Below, one piece after another: positions 9,437 through 20,006 of a stretch of 64,000 nt of DNA. The position numbers and the translations under genes are program-made. The notes under the pieces are model-generated. The model saw nothing but the letters and a program-made list of their open reading frames with translations, did not search any database and was not told the DNA's origin. The stretch's first letter is position 1. Each line of letters starts with the position of its first letter. The stretch lies in contig JBMOMC010000001.1 in NCBI GenBank assembly GCA_049325335.1, forward strand, positions 404,093 through 468,092, read 5' to 3'. Origin of the DNA: Nitrospirota bacterium (lineage in GTDB: Bacteria; Nitrospirota; Nitrospiria; 2-01-FULL-66-17).

Positions 9437-10275
9437 TCGCGACGCCCGCCGTGCTCCGCGAGTTCGTTGAGCGAGCCTTAGCCGAGGACATCGGCCGGGG
9501 AGACGCCACGACACGGGCGTTGTTCACCGACCCCGTCCCCGCGATCGGCCGGATCAGCGCCAAGAACCAGACCGTGGTCGCCGGCGGGACGGTCGCGGCG
9601 CTCGTGTTTCAGACGTTGGATCAACACGCCGTAATCGAGCACCGTATCGAGGACGGCCGGATGGTCCTGGCGGGCGATCCGGTGCTGACGGTCCGCGCAG
9701 ATGGCCGCGCGCTATTGACCGGCGAGCGCGTGGCGCTCAATATCCTCCAGCGCCTCTGCGGGGTCGCGACCGTGACCCGATCTTACGTGGATGCCGTCCG
9801 AGGCTATACGACCAAGGTCGCCGACACCAGGAAGTGTCCGGCTGGATGGCGCGTCCTGGACAAATACGCGGTCCGATGCGGGGGCGGAGTCAATCACCGC
9901 TTCGGACTCGACGACGGCATCCTGATCAAGGACACCCACCTGGCCCTCGCCGGCGGCATCCCGGCCGCGGTCCGGCGCGCCCGTGCCGAAGGTCGGCACG
10001 GTCTAAAGATCGAGGTCGAAGTGCAAACCCTGGACGAGGTCTCCGAGGCATTGGACGCCGGAGCCGATGTCATTCTATTGGACAACATGGCGCTGGCGGA
10101 CATCCGCGCGGCCGTCGCGCTCATCAAAGGCCGCGCGCTCGTGGAAGTCTCCGGCGGCATCACCCTGGCCGCGGTCCGCGACATCGCGGCGTCGGGCGTC
10201 GACCTTGTGTCGGTCGGCGCGCTCACCCACTCGTCGCCGGCCGCTGATCTGCACATGGACGTATGGCCGGCTTGA
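9433..10275 (+). CDS. nadC: Nicotinate-nucleotide pyrophosphorylase (carboxylating)
   Basis: EDIGRGDATT, DTRK, NHRFGLDDGILIKD, EVEV, LLDNM, SVGALTHS; GTGA overlap with valS. Confidence 0.96.
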   Translation: MIATPAVLREFVERALAEDIGRGDATTRALFTDPVPAIGRISAKNQTVVAGGTVAALVFQTLDQHAVIEHRIEDGRMVLAGDPVLTVRADGRALLTGERVALNILQRLCGVATVTRSYVDAVRGYTTKVADTRKCPAGWRVLDKYAVRCGGGVNHRFGLDDGILIKDTHLALAGGIPAAVRRARAEGRHGLKIEVEVQTLDEVSEALDAGADVILLDNMALADIRAAVALIKGRALVEVSGGITLAAVRDIAASGVDLVSVGALTHSSPAADLHMDVWPA

Positions 10276-11072
10276 ATCGTGACGCCATCCAACGCGGCCT
10301 CAACGACCCGGCCGCCTGGCATCTGCACGTCTTCGACGAAGTGCCCTCGACCAACACGCTCGCGCTGGACCTTGCCGCCCAAGACGCGCCCGAGTGGACG
10401 GCCCTGTTGGCTGATTCACAAACCAACGGACGCGGACGCGCGGGACGCGAGTGGCGTACCCCGCACGGCACCGCGTTGGCGATATCGATCATTGTGCGAC
10501 CGCGCGTCGCCGCTGATGCGCGGCCGTGGGTCGGGCTGGCCGCCGCGTTGGCCACGCGGGACGCGATTGAACACGTAACGGGAATGTCCGGGCTGGTCAA
10601 ATGGCCCAACGACGTGTTGATCAGCGGACGCAAGGTCGCCGGCATCCTACTGGAGACGCGGCACGGCGCGGTCAGCGACGCAGCGAGCGCCGTGGTCATC
10701 GGCATTGGGGTCAACGTCAACAACCGGGCCGCGGCGTTTCCCGAATCGTTCCGCGATACCGCGACCTCCCTATTGGACGCGTCGGGGACCGTGACGGACC
10801 GACAGCGATTGGCCGCGGCAATCCTCAATGAGGTGCACCAGGTGAGCGGCGAACTCCCTCACGGGATCGAGACCCTGAGGGCTCGCTGGCGGTCGGCCAG
10901 CGCCACGTTCGGCGCAATGGTTGCGGTGTCCACCCCCGGAGGCCTCGTCGAGGGCATCGACCACGGCCTCGATCCCCAGGGACGGCTGATCGTCCGAACG
11001 CGCGACGGGGAGCGCGCCATCCATACCGGAGAGGTGTTGTTGTGCCGAACTCTCGCTCCACAGACCACGTAA
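10263..11072 (+). CDS. birA: Biotin--protein ligase (no N-terminal HTH)
   Basis: STN, QTNGRGRAGREW, KWPND, KVAGIL, GIGVNV. Confidence 0.93.
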   Translation: MAGLNRDAIQRGLNDPAAWHLHVFDEVPSTNTLALDLAAQDAPEWTALLADSQTNGRGRAGREWRTPHGTALAISIIVRPRVAADARPWVGLAAALATRDAIEHVTGMSGLVKWPNDVLISGRKVAGILLETRHGAVSDAASAVVIGIGVNVNNRAAAFPESFRDTATSLLDASGTVTDRQRLAAAILNEVHQVSGELPHGIETLRARWRSASATFGAMVAVSTPGGLVEGIDHGLDPQGRLIVRTRDGERAIHTGEVLLCRTLAPQTT

Positions 11073-11890
11073 CGACCGCGGCGCGGCGCGGTCGGCGCGG
11101 CACACGGCCCGGGGCCGGCGCCCCCCTCCTGCTCGCCGTCGACATCGGAAACACCAATGTCGTAGTCGGCCTGTTCAGCGGACGGAGCCTCATCAGCCAG
11201 TGGCGCCTTGCCACCCACGGCGGACGCACCGCCGATGAATACGGGTTGACCCTTCGCGAACTGCTCCGCGACGCGGGACCCGCGCGTCCGTCCGAAGCCA
11301 TCATTTCCAGCGTGGTCCCCAACCTCACCCCGGTGTTCTCGGAACTGCTTGATCGGTACTTCGGGGTGACCCCGACGGTGGTCGGACACACCGCGCCGCT
11401 CGGCCTGTCCATCGGGTACACCAACCCCGATGAAATCGGCGCCGACCGCCTCGTGAACGCTGCCGCGGCCTTCGACGCGTTCGGCGGCCCATTGATCATC
11501 GTGGATTTCGGCACCGCCACCACGTTCTGCGTCGTGTCGGCCGACGGCGCATATCTCGGCGGCGTGATTGCGCCGGGCGCCGCGATCTCCGCCGAGGCCC
11601 TGACCGCTCGCGCCGCCAAACTCTCCAAGGTTGAATGGGTGCTTCCTCCAACCGTAATCGGCCGCGACACCGCCAGCAGCATGCAAACCGGGATGATTCT
11701 GGGCCATGCGTGTTTGGTGGACGGCATCATCCGGCGGATCCAAAAAGAATTGGGAGCGCGATGCCGGGTCGTGGCCACCGGCGGCCTCACCCCGTTGATC
11801 GCCCCGGCCTCCGAGTGCATCGACACCGTCAAGCCTCATCTCACCCTCGAAGGCCTCGCGCTGTTGGCCGAACGACAACGATCCCCTTAA
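11042..11890 (+). CDS. coaX: Type III pantothenate kinase (start uncertain)
   Basis: AVDIGNTN, EIGADR, VDFGTATT, GGVIAPG, ATGG, HLTLEGL. Confidence 0.95.
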   Translation: MPNSRSTDHVTTAARRGRRGTRPGAGAPLLLAVDIGNTNVVVGLFSGRSLISQWRLATHGGRTADEYGLTLRELLRDAGPARPSEAIISSVVPNLTPVFSELLDRYFGVTPTVVGHTAPLGLSIGYTNPDEIGADRLVNAAAAFDAFGGPLIIVDFGTATTFCVVSADGAYLGGVIAPGAAISAEALTARAAKLSKVEWVLPPTVIGRDTASSMQTGMILGHACLVDGIIRRIQKELGARCRVVATGGLTPLIAPASECIDTVKPHLTLEGLALLAERQRSP

Positions 11891-11974
11891 CGCATCCAGA
11901 GCGACCACACCGTCAACAACCCCGCGTTTGGACCATGCGGTACCATACCCGACCCGGTTGTTCTGCCTGAAAAC

Positions 11975-12004
11975 TTGACAACCTCACTTGTTGATTGCTA
12001 CATT
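11975..12004 (+). promoter_or_regulatory. Sigma70 promoter of the hrcA-grpE-dnaK-dnaJ operon
   Basis: TTGACA-18 bp-TACATT with TG extension, immediately upstream of CIRCE. Confidence 0.7.
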
Positions 12005-12009
12005 TCCTG

Positions 12010-12036
12010 TTAGCACTCTCGCTTAGTGAGTGCTAA
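12010..12036. promoter_or_regulatory. CIRCE operator (HrcA binding site)
   Basis: Perfect TTAGCACTC-N9-GAGTGCTAA upstream of hrcA. Confidence 0.98.
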
Positions 12037-12071
12037 CTTACTCGGGCATCGCAGGCTCTAGAGCTGAACGA

Positions 12072-13136
12072 ATGGATCTTCCTTCTCGGGACCAAGAAAT
12101 TCTCCGCGCAACCATCCTGTGTTACATCAGGACCGCCACGCCGGTGGGATCGCGCACCCTGACCAAAAATACGGAGCTGGGGTTGAGCCCTGCCACGATT
12201 CGCAATGTCATGGCGGACCTGGAGGAGCTGGGGTATTTGGCCCAGCCGCACACGTCGGCCGGGCGCATCCCCACGGAAAAAGCGTATCGCGTGTACGTCA
12301 ACGACCTCTTAACCACGGGGCAAATCGATCCGCCGGACTCCCCACCCACGACGATCCACCTCGCCCTGGCCGACGACCTGAAAAACACGTTGCAAGAAAC
12401 CTCGAAGCTGCTCTCCTTGTTGTCGCACTACACCGGCGTGGTGGCGCGACCCAAGTCCGTCACTCATCGCTTGAAACAAGTCGAGTTTTTCCGGCTGGGC
12501 GGTCCCCAGGTGTTAGCGGTCTTTCTCATGGGCGACGGCTTCGTGCACCACAAACGCATCGACCTGGACGCGGACCCCGCGCCCGAACAACTGCGCCGCA
12601 TCGCGGACGAATTGAACACGCGTTTTTCGGGTCAGGACCTGGCCGTGATCCGCGAGCGGCTCCTGGAAGAAATGCGGGGACAGAAACGCGACTACGACCG
12701 CCTCATGGAGCGCGTGCTCGCCGCGGCCCAGGGCACGTTCACGCAGCAGGCCGGCGAGGTGTACGTGGAGGGCGCGGGCAACATTCTCGGGCTCCCGGAA
12801 TTCTCGGACGTGGAGCGCATGAAAGCGCTGTTTAAGACGTTCGAAGAAACCTACATGATGAGTACGCTGATCGAAAAAAGCCTGAATACCGACGGCGTGC
12901 GCGTCTTTATCGGGTCCGACAACGCGGCCCTGGGCGCCAACGACTTAAGCCTGGTAGTCGCGAGTTATCGGTGCGGCGAACACGCCTTCGGCACGCTGGG
13001 CGTGTTGGGCCCGATGCGCATGGAATACGAACGCGTGATCCCGCTGGTCAACCGGTTCGCGGCGTTACTGGGCGAGTGTTTGCAGGACCAGACCGGCGCC
13101 GACCCCGGACACGGGGACACCGCCGGACAACGATGA
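12072..13136 (+). CDS. hrcA: Heat-inducible transcription repressor
   Basis: PVGSRTL, SPATIRNVMADLEELGYLAQPHTSAGRIPT, GVLGPMRMEY; start moved to ATG 12072, downstream of CIRCE. Confidence 0.97.
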   Translation: MDLPSRDQEILRATILCYIRTATPVGSRTLTKNTELGLSPATIRNVMADLEELGYLAQPHTSAGRIPTEKAYRVYVNDLLTTGQIDPPDSPPTTIHLALADDLKNTLQETSKLLSLLSHYTGVVARPKSVTHRLKQVEFFRLGGPQVLAVFLMGDGFVHHKRIDLDADPAPEQLRRIADELNTRFSGQDLAVIRERLLEEMRGQKRDYDRLMERVLAAAQGTFTQQAGEVYVEGAGNILGLPEFSDVERMKALFKTFEETYMMSTLIEKSLNTDGVRVFIGSDNAALGANDLSLVVASYRCGEHAFGTLGVLGPMRMEYERVIPLVNRFAALLGECLQDQTGADPGHGDTAGQR

Positions 13137-13152
13137 TCACGTCAGGAGCGCC

Positions 13153-13710
13153 ATGGAACCGGAACAAGGAGAACGCATGACACCGGACGGCGCCGCGCCC
13201 GAGAGCGCCGCGGCCGAATCGCCGGAAACCGGCGGCGCGGACTGGGAGGCGCACCTCGCAGCCAAGGATCGCGAGTGCGCGGACGCCAAGGACCGGTATC
13301 TGCGGCTGTACGCGGAATTCGACAACTACAAACGGCGCGCGCAACGCGATCAACAGGATTACACCAAGTTCGCGGCCGAAAAGGTGCTCAAGGAGCTGCT
13401 CCCGATCGTCGACAACTTGGAACGGGCCGTTGCGCACGCGCGCGGCGCGCAAGCCGACGCCTCGATCGTGGACGGCCTGGCCTTGATCGTCCGGCAATTT
13501 CACGACGCGCTGCACAAGAACGGCTGCGAGCCCATTGACGCGGTCGGCAAACCGTTCGACCCCGCGTTCCACCAAGCGCTCGCGCAGATCGACGCCGCGG
13601 ACCGCGACCCGGACACGGTCGTGGAAGAAGCGCAACGCGGGTACCTGTTACACGGCCGGATTTTGCGCCCGTCCATGGTCACGGTCAGCAAAAAGCCCGA
13701 CGCCACATGA
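13153..13710 (+). CDS. grpE: Nucleotide exchange factor GrpE
   Basis: RLYAEFDNYKRR, LLPIVDNLERA, FDPAFHQA, GYLLHGRILRPSMV. Confidence 0.97.
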   Translation: MEPEQGERMTPDGAAPESAAAESPETGGADWEAHLAAKDRECADAKDRYLRLYAEFDNYKRRAQRDQQDYTKFAAEKVLKELLPIVDNLERAVAHARGAQADASIVDGLALIVRQFHDALHKNGCEPIDAVGKPFDPAFHQALAQIDAADRDPDTVVEEAQRGYLLHGRILRPSMVTVSKKPDAT

Positions 13711-13869
13711 TGTCGCACCGACTTGCGGGAGGCCACCAGGACGTGATAGAACCACGCGGTTTGCGCGCGATTTTCCGGAACGATCCACGCCGCGTCCGAT
13801 CCGCCGTCCCCACGCGGGACGCCGCGTTCAGAACACGTATTGATCTCACGGAGAGTGAAAGGAGACTGT

Positions 13870-15792
13870 ATGGGTAAAGTCATCGGTATTGATCTCGGCA
13901 CCACCAATTCGTGCGTGGCCATTGTGTCCGGGGGCGACCCGGTCGTCATTGCCAACGCCGAAGGGAGTCGCACCACGCCGTCGGTGGTCGCCATTTCCGA
14001 CAAGGGCGAGCGTTTGGTCGGGCAAATCGCCAAGCGGCAGGCCATCACCAACCCGGAACACACGATCTATTCGGTGAAACGGTTGATGGGTCGCAAGTTC
14101 GCGTCCGCGCAGGTTCGCGAGGCCATGAAGCGCCTGCCGTACAAGGTGGTCGACGCCAAAAACGGCGACGCCCACGTGGAGATCCGCGGCAAGTCGTACA
14201 GCCCGCCCGAAGTCTCGGCCATGATTCTGCAAAAAATGAAGCAGACCGCCGAGGACTATTTGGGAGAGCCGGTCACGGAAGCCGTGATCACGGTCCCCGC
14301 GTATTTCGACGACAGCCAGCGCCAGGCCACCAAGGACGCGGGAGAGGTCGCGGGCTTGAAGGTGTTGCGCATCATCAACGAGCCCACCGCCGCGTCGCTC
14401 GCGTACGGGTTGGAGAAGAAGAAGGACGAAAAGATCGCGGTGTACGACCTGGGAGGGGGCACGTTCGACATCTCGATCCTTGAAATCGGGGACGGAGTGT
14501 TCGAAGTCAAATCCACCAACGGCGACACCTTTCTGGGCGGGGACGACTTCGACCTGCGCATCATGGATTGGCTGGTTGACGAGTTCAAACGCGATCAGGG
14601 CATCGACCTGCGCAAAGACAAGATGGCCTTGCAACGGCTCAAGGAGGCCGCGGAAAAGGCCAAGATCGAGTTGTCGGCGTCGCAGGAAACCGAGATCAAC
14701 CTCCCGTTTATCACGGCCGACGCGAGCGGCCCCAAACACCTGGTCATGAAACTGAGCCGGGCGAAAATGGAGCAGTTGGTCGATGACCTGGTCCAACGCA
14801 CGGTCGAGCCGTGCCGTCGCGCGTTGTCGGACGCGGGGTTGTCCGCCAAACAAATCGACGAGGTGGTGCTGGTGGGCGGCATGACCCGCATGCCCAAGGT
14901 CCAGCAGATCGTCCGCGAGTTCTTCGGCAAGGAACCGCATAAGGGCGTGAACCCGGATGAAGTGGTGGCGATCGGCGCCGGCATCCAGGGCGCGGTGCTC
15001 AAGGGCGAAGTCAAAGACGTGTTGCTGTTGGACGTCACGCCCTTGTCGCTGGGCATCGAGACGTTGGGCGGCGTGTACACCAAATTGATCGACCGCAACA
15101 CCACGATCCCGACCAAAAAGAGCCAGACGTTTTCGACCGCGGCCGACAACCAGAGCGCGGTGACCATCCGCGTGGGGCAAGGCGAACGCGAGATGTTCTC
15201 CGACAACAAACTGCTCGGACAGTTCGACCTGGTGGGGCTGCCGCTGGCGCCGCGCGGCGTGCCGCAAATCGAAGTCACGTTCGACATCGACGCCAACGGC
15301 ATCGTCCACGTCTCGGCCAAGGACCTGGGCACCAACAAGGAACAGTCCATCCGCATCACCGCGTCGTCAGGGCTCTCGAAGGACGAGATCGACAAGATGG
15401 TCAAGGACGCCCAGTCGCACGCCGAGGAGGACAAAAAACGCAAGGAAGCGGTTGAGGCGCGCAACGAAGCCGACACCGCCATCTACAGCGTGGAAAAATC
15501 GCTGAACGAGTTCGGCGACAAACTCTCGGACAGCGACCGCAACGCGGTGACCGAAAAAATCGCGGAGACGAAGAAGGCGGTCGAAACCAATGATCCCGCC
15601 GCAATTCGGGCCGCGGTGAGCGCGCTCCAGACCGCCTCGCACAAATTAGCCGAGGAAATGTACAAGAAGACCGCGGCCTCCGGGGCGCAGCCGGGAGCCG
15701 GCCCCGCGGCTGGAGACGGCAGGGCCGAGCAACCCAAGGACGACAACGTGGTCGACGCGCAGTACGAAGAAGTCGACAAAGACAAGAAATAA
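13870..15792 (+). CDS. dnaK: Chaperone DnaK (Hsp70)
   Basis: [37 protein letters not shown] before ATG 13870. Confidence 0.99.
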   Translation: MGKVIGIDLGTTNSCVAIVSGGDPVVIANAEGSRTTPSVVAISDKGERLVGQIAKRQAITNPEHTIYSVKRLMGRKFASAQVREAMKRLPYKVVDAKNGDAHVEIRGKSYSPPEVSAMILQKMKQTAEDYLGEPVTEAVITVPAYFDDSQRQATKDAGEVAGLKVLRIINEPTAASLAYGLEKKKDEKIAVYDLGGGTFDISILEIGDGVFEVKSTNGDTFLGGDDFDLRIMDWLVDEFKRDQGIDLRKDKMALQRLKEAAEKAKIELSASQETEINLPFITADASGPKHLVMKLSRAKMEQLVDDLVQRTVEPCRRALSDAGLSAKQIDEVVLVGGMTRMPKVQQIVREFFGKEPHKGVNPDEVVAIGAGIQGAVLKGEVKDVLLLDVTPLSLGIETLGGVYTKLIDRNTTIPTKKSQTFSTAADNQSAVTIRVGQGEREMFSDNKLLGQFDLVGLPLAPRGVPQIEVTFDIDANGIVHVSAKDLGTNKEQSIRITASSGLSKDEIDKMVKDAQSHAEEDKKRKEAVEARNEADTAIYSVEKSLNEFGDKLSDSDRNAVTEKIAETKKAVETNDPAAIRAAVSALQTASHKLAEEMYKKTAASGAQPGAGPAAGDGRAEQPKDDNVVDAQYEEVDKDKK

Positions 15793-15806
15793 CCACCACT
15801 CACGCT

Positions 15807-15836
15807 GCGCCGGGCGTTCCCGCGAACGCCCGGCGC
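15807..15836. other. Perfect 13-bp GC-rich hairpin between dnaK and dnaJ, without a U-tract
   Basis: GCGCCGGGCGTTC-ccgc-GAACGCCCGGCGC. Confidence 0.7.
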
Positions 15837-15855
15837 TCGGCAGGACCCCGACCCC

Positions 15856-16980
15856 GTGGCCAAAACCCGCGACTATTACGAACTGCTCGGCGTGCCCCGC
15901 ACCGCGAGCGAAGACGATCTCAAGAAGGCGTACCGCAAGCTCGCCATGAAGTACCACCCGGACCGCAATCCGGGCGACAAGGCGGCCGAAGCGCATTTTA
16001 AGGAAGTCAACGAAGCCTACAGCGTGTTGTCCGACGCGCACAAGCGGCAGACCTACGACCGCTACGGCCACGAGGCGTTTTCCGCGGGCGCGGGCGGCGG
16101 CGGATTCACCGGCGGGTTCGACGCCAATGTCGGCGACATGTTCAACGACATCTTCGAGGACTTTTTCGGCGCGTCCACCGGACGCTCGCGCCGCCGTCGC
16201 GGGACCCAAGGCTCGGACCTCAAATACACGCTCGAAGTCTCGCTGGAAGACGTCCTGACCGGCAAGGAAGCCAAGATCAAAGTCCCCCATTGGGAAGACT
16301 GCTCCGCCTGCCGCGGCACCGGGGCGAAAAACGCCACCGCCATCGGGACCTGTCCGACGTGTAAGGGCGCGGGGCAACTGCGCTTCCAACAGGGGTTCTT
16401 TGCGGTCAGCCGCACGTGTTCGCAGTGCCACGGCCAAGGCAGGATCATTGCCGAAAAATGCCCGACGTGTCACGGCGAACGACGCGCGCAACACGACCGC
16501 GTGCTCTCGGTCTGGATTCCGGCCGGGGTCGAAGACGGCACCAATCTGCGATTGACCGGCAAGGGCGCGCCGGGCGAAGGCGGGGCCCCGCCCGGGGATC
16601 TGTACGTGGTCATCGTGGTCAAACCGCACCCCATCTTCACGCGCGACGGGGCAAATTTGATTTGTGAAGCTCCGGTCTCGTTCGCCAAAGCCGCGCTGGG
16701 GGGCAAACTGGACGCCGCCACGTTGGAAGGCAAAACCGTCACCCTCAAGTTCCCGGCGGGCACGCCGCACGGCAAGGTCTTGACCTTTCGCGGACACGGC
16801 TTGCCCGACATGCACGGCGGCGGACGCGGCGACCTGCTGGTCCGTATCCGCCTGGTGGTGCCGACGAAATTGACCGCCCGCCAACGAGAACTGGTCGAGG
16901 AACTGGCCAAACTGGACGGCGAGGACGTCAACGGGGAGCCCGTCGGAATCTTCGCCAAAGTCAAGAATCTATTCGACTAG
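15856..16980 (+). CDS. dnaJ: Chaperone DnaJ
   Basis: J domain with HPD, G/F region, four CxxCxG(xG) repeats. Confidence 0.98.
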   Translation: MAKTRDYYELLGVPRTASEDDLKKAYRKLAMKYHPDRNPGDKAAEAHFKEVNEAYSVLSDAHKRQTYDRYGHEAFSAGAGGGGFTGGFDANVGDMFNDIFEDFFGASTGRSRRRRGTQGSDLKYTLEVSLEDVLTGKEAKIKVPHWEDCSACRGTGAKNATAIGTCPTCKGAGQLRFQQGFFAVSRTCSQCHGQGRIIAEKCPTCHGERRAQHDRVLSVWIPAGVEDGTNLRLTGKGAPGEGGAPPGDLYVVIVVKPHPIFTRDGANLICEAPVSFAKAALGGKLDAATLEGKTVTLKFPAGTPHGKVLTFRGHGLPDMHGGGRGDLLVRIRLVVPTKLTARQRELVEELAKLDGEDVNGEPVGIFAKVKNLFD

Positions 16981-17007
16981 GCGTGTGCCCGTCTACCCGC
17001 GACAGCG

Positions 17008-17131
17008 GCGCCTGTTCAGGATGGGTCGGATGCAAGGCGGAGGAAGGTGTTGCGCCCGGAGCGTACTGGTTCGTACGTGAGGACACAACGCCTTCCGACA
17101 ACGCCGCAGACGGCCCGTCATGGACAGGCGC
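17008..17131 (+). repeat. Structured intergenic repeat / MITE-like element, copy A
   Basis: Ends GCGCCTGTTCA...TGGACAGGCGC; core GCAAGGCGG..CCGGAGCGTACTGGTTCGTACGTGAGGA..GACAACGCCGCAGA shared with 24284-24404 and 50855-50978. Confidence 0.85.
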
Positions 17132-17137
17132 ATAGCC

Positions 17138-17914
17138 ATGCCGCACTTCTTCCTCGCCCCAGGGTCGATCCAGGGCGACGCGGTCACCATCACGGGCGCT
17201 CTGGCCCGTCACCTCGCGGGCGCCCTACGGTACCGGGAGGGGGACCGGATTACGGTGGTGTCGGACAACGGCCAACGGTTGCGGGTCGCGCTGGTGGAAA
17301 CGGCCGCGCAGCGCGTCTGCGGACGCGTGGTCGAGCCGCTGACCGACGAGACGGCGCCCGGGCCTCGCGTCACCCTTGCCCATGCCGTGCTCAAAGGCGA
17401 TCACATGGACGCCGTCATCCAGAAGACCACGGAATTGGGCGTTCACCGACTCGTGCCGTTGATCACCCGCCGAACCGTGGTGCGCCCCAAACACGACCGA
17501 TCAACGCGCCAGATCGAACGCTGGCGCGCCATCGCGCTGGAAGCCGCGCAGCAGTCCGAACGACTCACCATTCCGTTCGTGGATGACGTCGTGTCGCTGG
17601 CCGACTGGCTTGAATCCCGGTCCGGCGATCAGTCGATCCGTTGGCTGCTGGGCGAACGCGAAACCCGACGCTTTCTCCGATCCGAGTTATCAACCCGTCC
17701 CCCGGCCGACGAGGTCTCGCTCGTGGTCGGTCCGGAAGGGGGGTTCGAGGAGGAGGAACTCGACCAGGCGCGCGCCGCCGGGTGCGTCGTGGTCTCGCTC
17801 GGCCGCGCGGTCCTTCGCGCGCAAACCGCGGGCGTGGCCGCGTTGACCATTCTCCACTACGCGTGGGGTGGGTTGGGCGGCCCCCAACCCGCATCAGATC
17901 CGAGACATGTTTAG
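17138..17914 (+). CDS. rsmE: 16S rRNA m3U1498 methyltransferase
   Basis: MPHFF, QKTTELGV, EAAQQSER, VGPEGGF, SLGRAVLRAQTA. Confidence 0.95.
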   Translation: MPHFFLAPGSIQGDAVTITGALARHLAGALRYREGDRITVVSDNGQRLRVALVETAAQRVCGRVVEPLTDETAPGPRVTLAHAVLKGDHMDAVIQKTTELGVHRLVPLITRRTVVRPKHDRSTRQIERWRAIALEAAQQSERLTIPFVDDVVSLADWLESRSGDQSIRWLLGERETRRFLRSELSTRPPADEVSLVVGPEGGFEEEELDQARAAGCVVVSLGRAVLRAQTAGVAALTILHYAWGGLGGPQPASDPRHV

Positions 17915-19037
17915 CGAGGAGGCCATCGGTTCCGGTCCCGAGCCCCCCGCCACGCCCGCGGGCTCGCTCGATACCATCCGTCCCGCCGGCGTGTTCCGGC
18001 GGGCGATCGCCATGTTCGTTGATTGGGGAATCGTGTCCCTGCTCTACGGCGGATTCCTGGCGCTGGGCGTGTGGGGCGCGTCGTTGGGGGCGCGAGCATC
18101 CGGCGCGCGATTTTTCTCCACGGATCTTGCCGAGGCCTTGTCCGGCTCCTTCATGTTGTTATGGATCGGGCTCGCGTGGGTGTACATCGGCTGGTTCACA
18201 CGCCACGGCGGGCAAACCCCTGGCAAAATGCTCTGCGGAATCCGCGTCGTTGGCATGGACGGACGTGAACCGTCATGGGAACAGGCGTTGGTTCGGCCCG
18301 CCGGCTATCTGTTGTCCTGGTTACCGCTCGGGCTGGGGTTTGTCCCGGCGGCGTTCCCGCCGAGCAAACGCGCGCTGCACGATCGGTTGACCAGGACCCG
18401 GGTGATCCGTGCCACGGCCCGCGCGGCCCGCGCCGTGGCATGGGGAGCATCCGCGTGGGTGTTGACTGCGGCGTTCGCCACCACCGCGGTTCATGCGGTC
18501 GTGGTCGAACGCATTCTCGCGTCCGTCAACGGTCGGCTGGTCACGCTCAGCGACGTCGCCGCGTATGACGAACTGTCCGGACAACCCGCGCGATCCGTCG
18601 ACAACACCGTGCGCGACCTGGTGGATCGTCGCCTGCTGCTGGACGAAGCGGATCGCTTCGCGATTCCCCTGCCCGACGGGACCCAGATCGCCGCCAGGAT
18701 CTCGGCCGTGGCCTTCGGACTCGGCGGGCCGGAAGGGTTGACCCGCGCGTTGGACCGGCTGGGGTGGGATCGCGACGACCTCAAAGCCTGGATCACCGAC
18801 GAGTTGCGCGTCAGCGAATTTCTCGACCAGCGGATCTATTTTTTCGTGATGATCGCGCCCCAGGATGTTGACGCGTATATCGAGCGCCACCGCGAGGACT
18901 TCGCGGACATGCCGATCGAAGACGCCCGCGATCTGGCCGGAAAACGCTTGGTGCGCGAACGCGGGGACGCCAAGCGTGATCAGTTTCTGGCGGGATTGCG
19001 GGAGAAAGCGACCATCCGCATGAACCCGATCGAGTAA
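17907..19037 (+). CDS. RDD-family membrane protein fused to a SurA N-terminal-like chaperone domain
   Basis: RRAIAMFVD...GQTPGKML..IRVV...RALHDRLTRTRV (RDD), then AVHA-VVVERILASVNGRLVTLSDV..LVDRRLLLDEA..LREKATI (SurA-N-like). Confidence 0.8.
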   Translation: MFSEEAIGSGPEPPATPAGSLDTIRPAGVFRRAIAMFVDWGIVSLLYGGFLALGVWGASLGARASGARFFSTDLAEALSGSFMLLWIGLAWVYIGWFTRHGGQTPGKMLCGIRVVGMDGREPSWEQALVRPAGYLLSWLPLGLGFVPAAFPPSKRALHDRLTRTRVIRATARAARAVAWGASAWVLTAAFATTAVHAVVVERILASVNGRLVTLSDVAAYDELSGQPARSVDNTVRDLVDRRLLLDEADRFAIPLPDGTQIAARISAVAFGLGGPEGLTRALDRLGWDRDDLKAWITDELRVSEFLDQRIYFFVMIAPQDVDAYIERHREDFADMPIEDARDLAGKRLVRERGDAKRDQFLAGLREKATIRMNPIE

Positions 19038-19063
19038 AGCCGACGATCGGTTGTCGCGTCGGT

Positions 19064-19858
19064 CTAAAACACCGACCAGGCGAGTTTCGCGCCCACCACA
19101 TAGAGCAATCCAGCAAACACGATCTTGAGTCGATCGGTCGGCATCCGATGCGCGAGTCCCGCCCCCAACGGCGCTGCAGCCACGCTCGCCGCGGCCACGC
19201 CGGCCAACGCGGGCAGATGGACGAATCCCAGGCTCTGTGACGGCGCCCCGACAAGCCCGAGGCCGTTGACGATATACCCGACCGCGCCGGCCAGCGCGAT
19301 CGGCAGGCCCGCCGCGGCCGCGGTCCCGATGGCGTGGGGAAAGGGGACGCGATGGCGCACGAGAAACGGGACGGACATGGTGCCGCCCCCGATCCCCACC
19401 ACCCCCGAGACGCACCCGATGAGCCCGCCCACCGCCGCCAACACCCGCGCCGGAGGCAATGCCCGATCGGGTCCCGGCGACGCATCGCGCAGTAAACGCG
19501 TGGCCACCACCCACAAGAATCCCGCAAACACCAGGGTGAGCGCGGCGAACGACGCGCGCGACGCGATCCACGCCCCGCCGAACGCGCCCACCGCCGACCC
19601 CGGCGCCAGCGCCCGCACGACCGGCCAACGCACCGCGCCGCGGCCGTGGTGCGCGGCCGCGCTCGCCGCCGCGGTCAACACAACGGCCGCCAACGACGTG
19701 CCCAAGGCCATCGGCATCACGAACCGTTCGCCGATCCCTTGCGCCTGAAACGCCACCGCCAGACAGGGAACCACGACCACGCCGCCGCCAACCCCCAACA
19801 GGCCGGCGAGCAGGCCCGCGCCCGCGCCGACCGCGGCGTAGATCACCAGCCATTCCAT
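19064..19858 (-). CDS. Sulfite exporter TauE/SafE (TSUP) family protein
   Basis: AGLLGVGGGVVVVP, AxGTSLA, GVVGIGGG repeats; about 8 TM segments. Confidence 0.93.
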   Translation of the reverse strand: MEWLVIYAAVGAGAGLLAGLLGVGGGVVVVPCLAVAFQAQGIGERFVMPMALGTSLAAVVLTAAASAAAHHGRGAVRWPVVRALAPGSAVGAFGGAWIASRASFAALTLVFAGFLWVVATRLLRDASPGPDRALPPARVLAAVGGLIGCVSGVVGIGGGTMSVPFLVRHRVPFPHAIGTAAAAGLPIALAGAVGYIVNGLGLVGAPSQSLGFVHLPALAGVAAASVAAAPLGAGLAHRMPTDRLKIVFAGLLYVVGAKLAWSVF

Positions 19859-19864
19859 GACGGA

Positions 19865-19894
19865 ATCTTACGCAAGGGCCGCAAACTCCGTCAA
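19865..19894 (-). promoter_or_regulatory. Putative sigma70 promoter of the TSUP gene (leaderless)
   Basis: Minus strand TTGACG-18 bp-TAAGAT, 6 nt before ATG 19858. Confidence 0.6.
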
Positions 19895-20006
19895 TCGCGG
19901 GACGCGGCGCAACAGGACGGAGGGACGGGTCCCGCGTGACGCCGCCCTGGGCGGCGCGGTCTCCACGCGATGTTTCCCGAGTCGTTTCGCGCGTGTGACG
20001 CGCGGG

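Noticed and set aside
12030..12071. ORF-track start of hrcA
   Set aside because: That GTG lies inside the CIRCE operator; ATG 12072 fits the family N-terminus.
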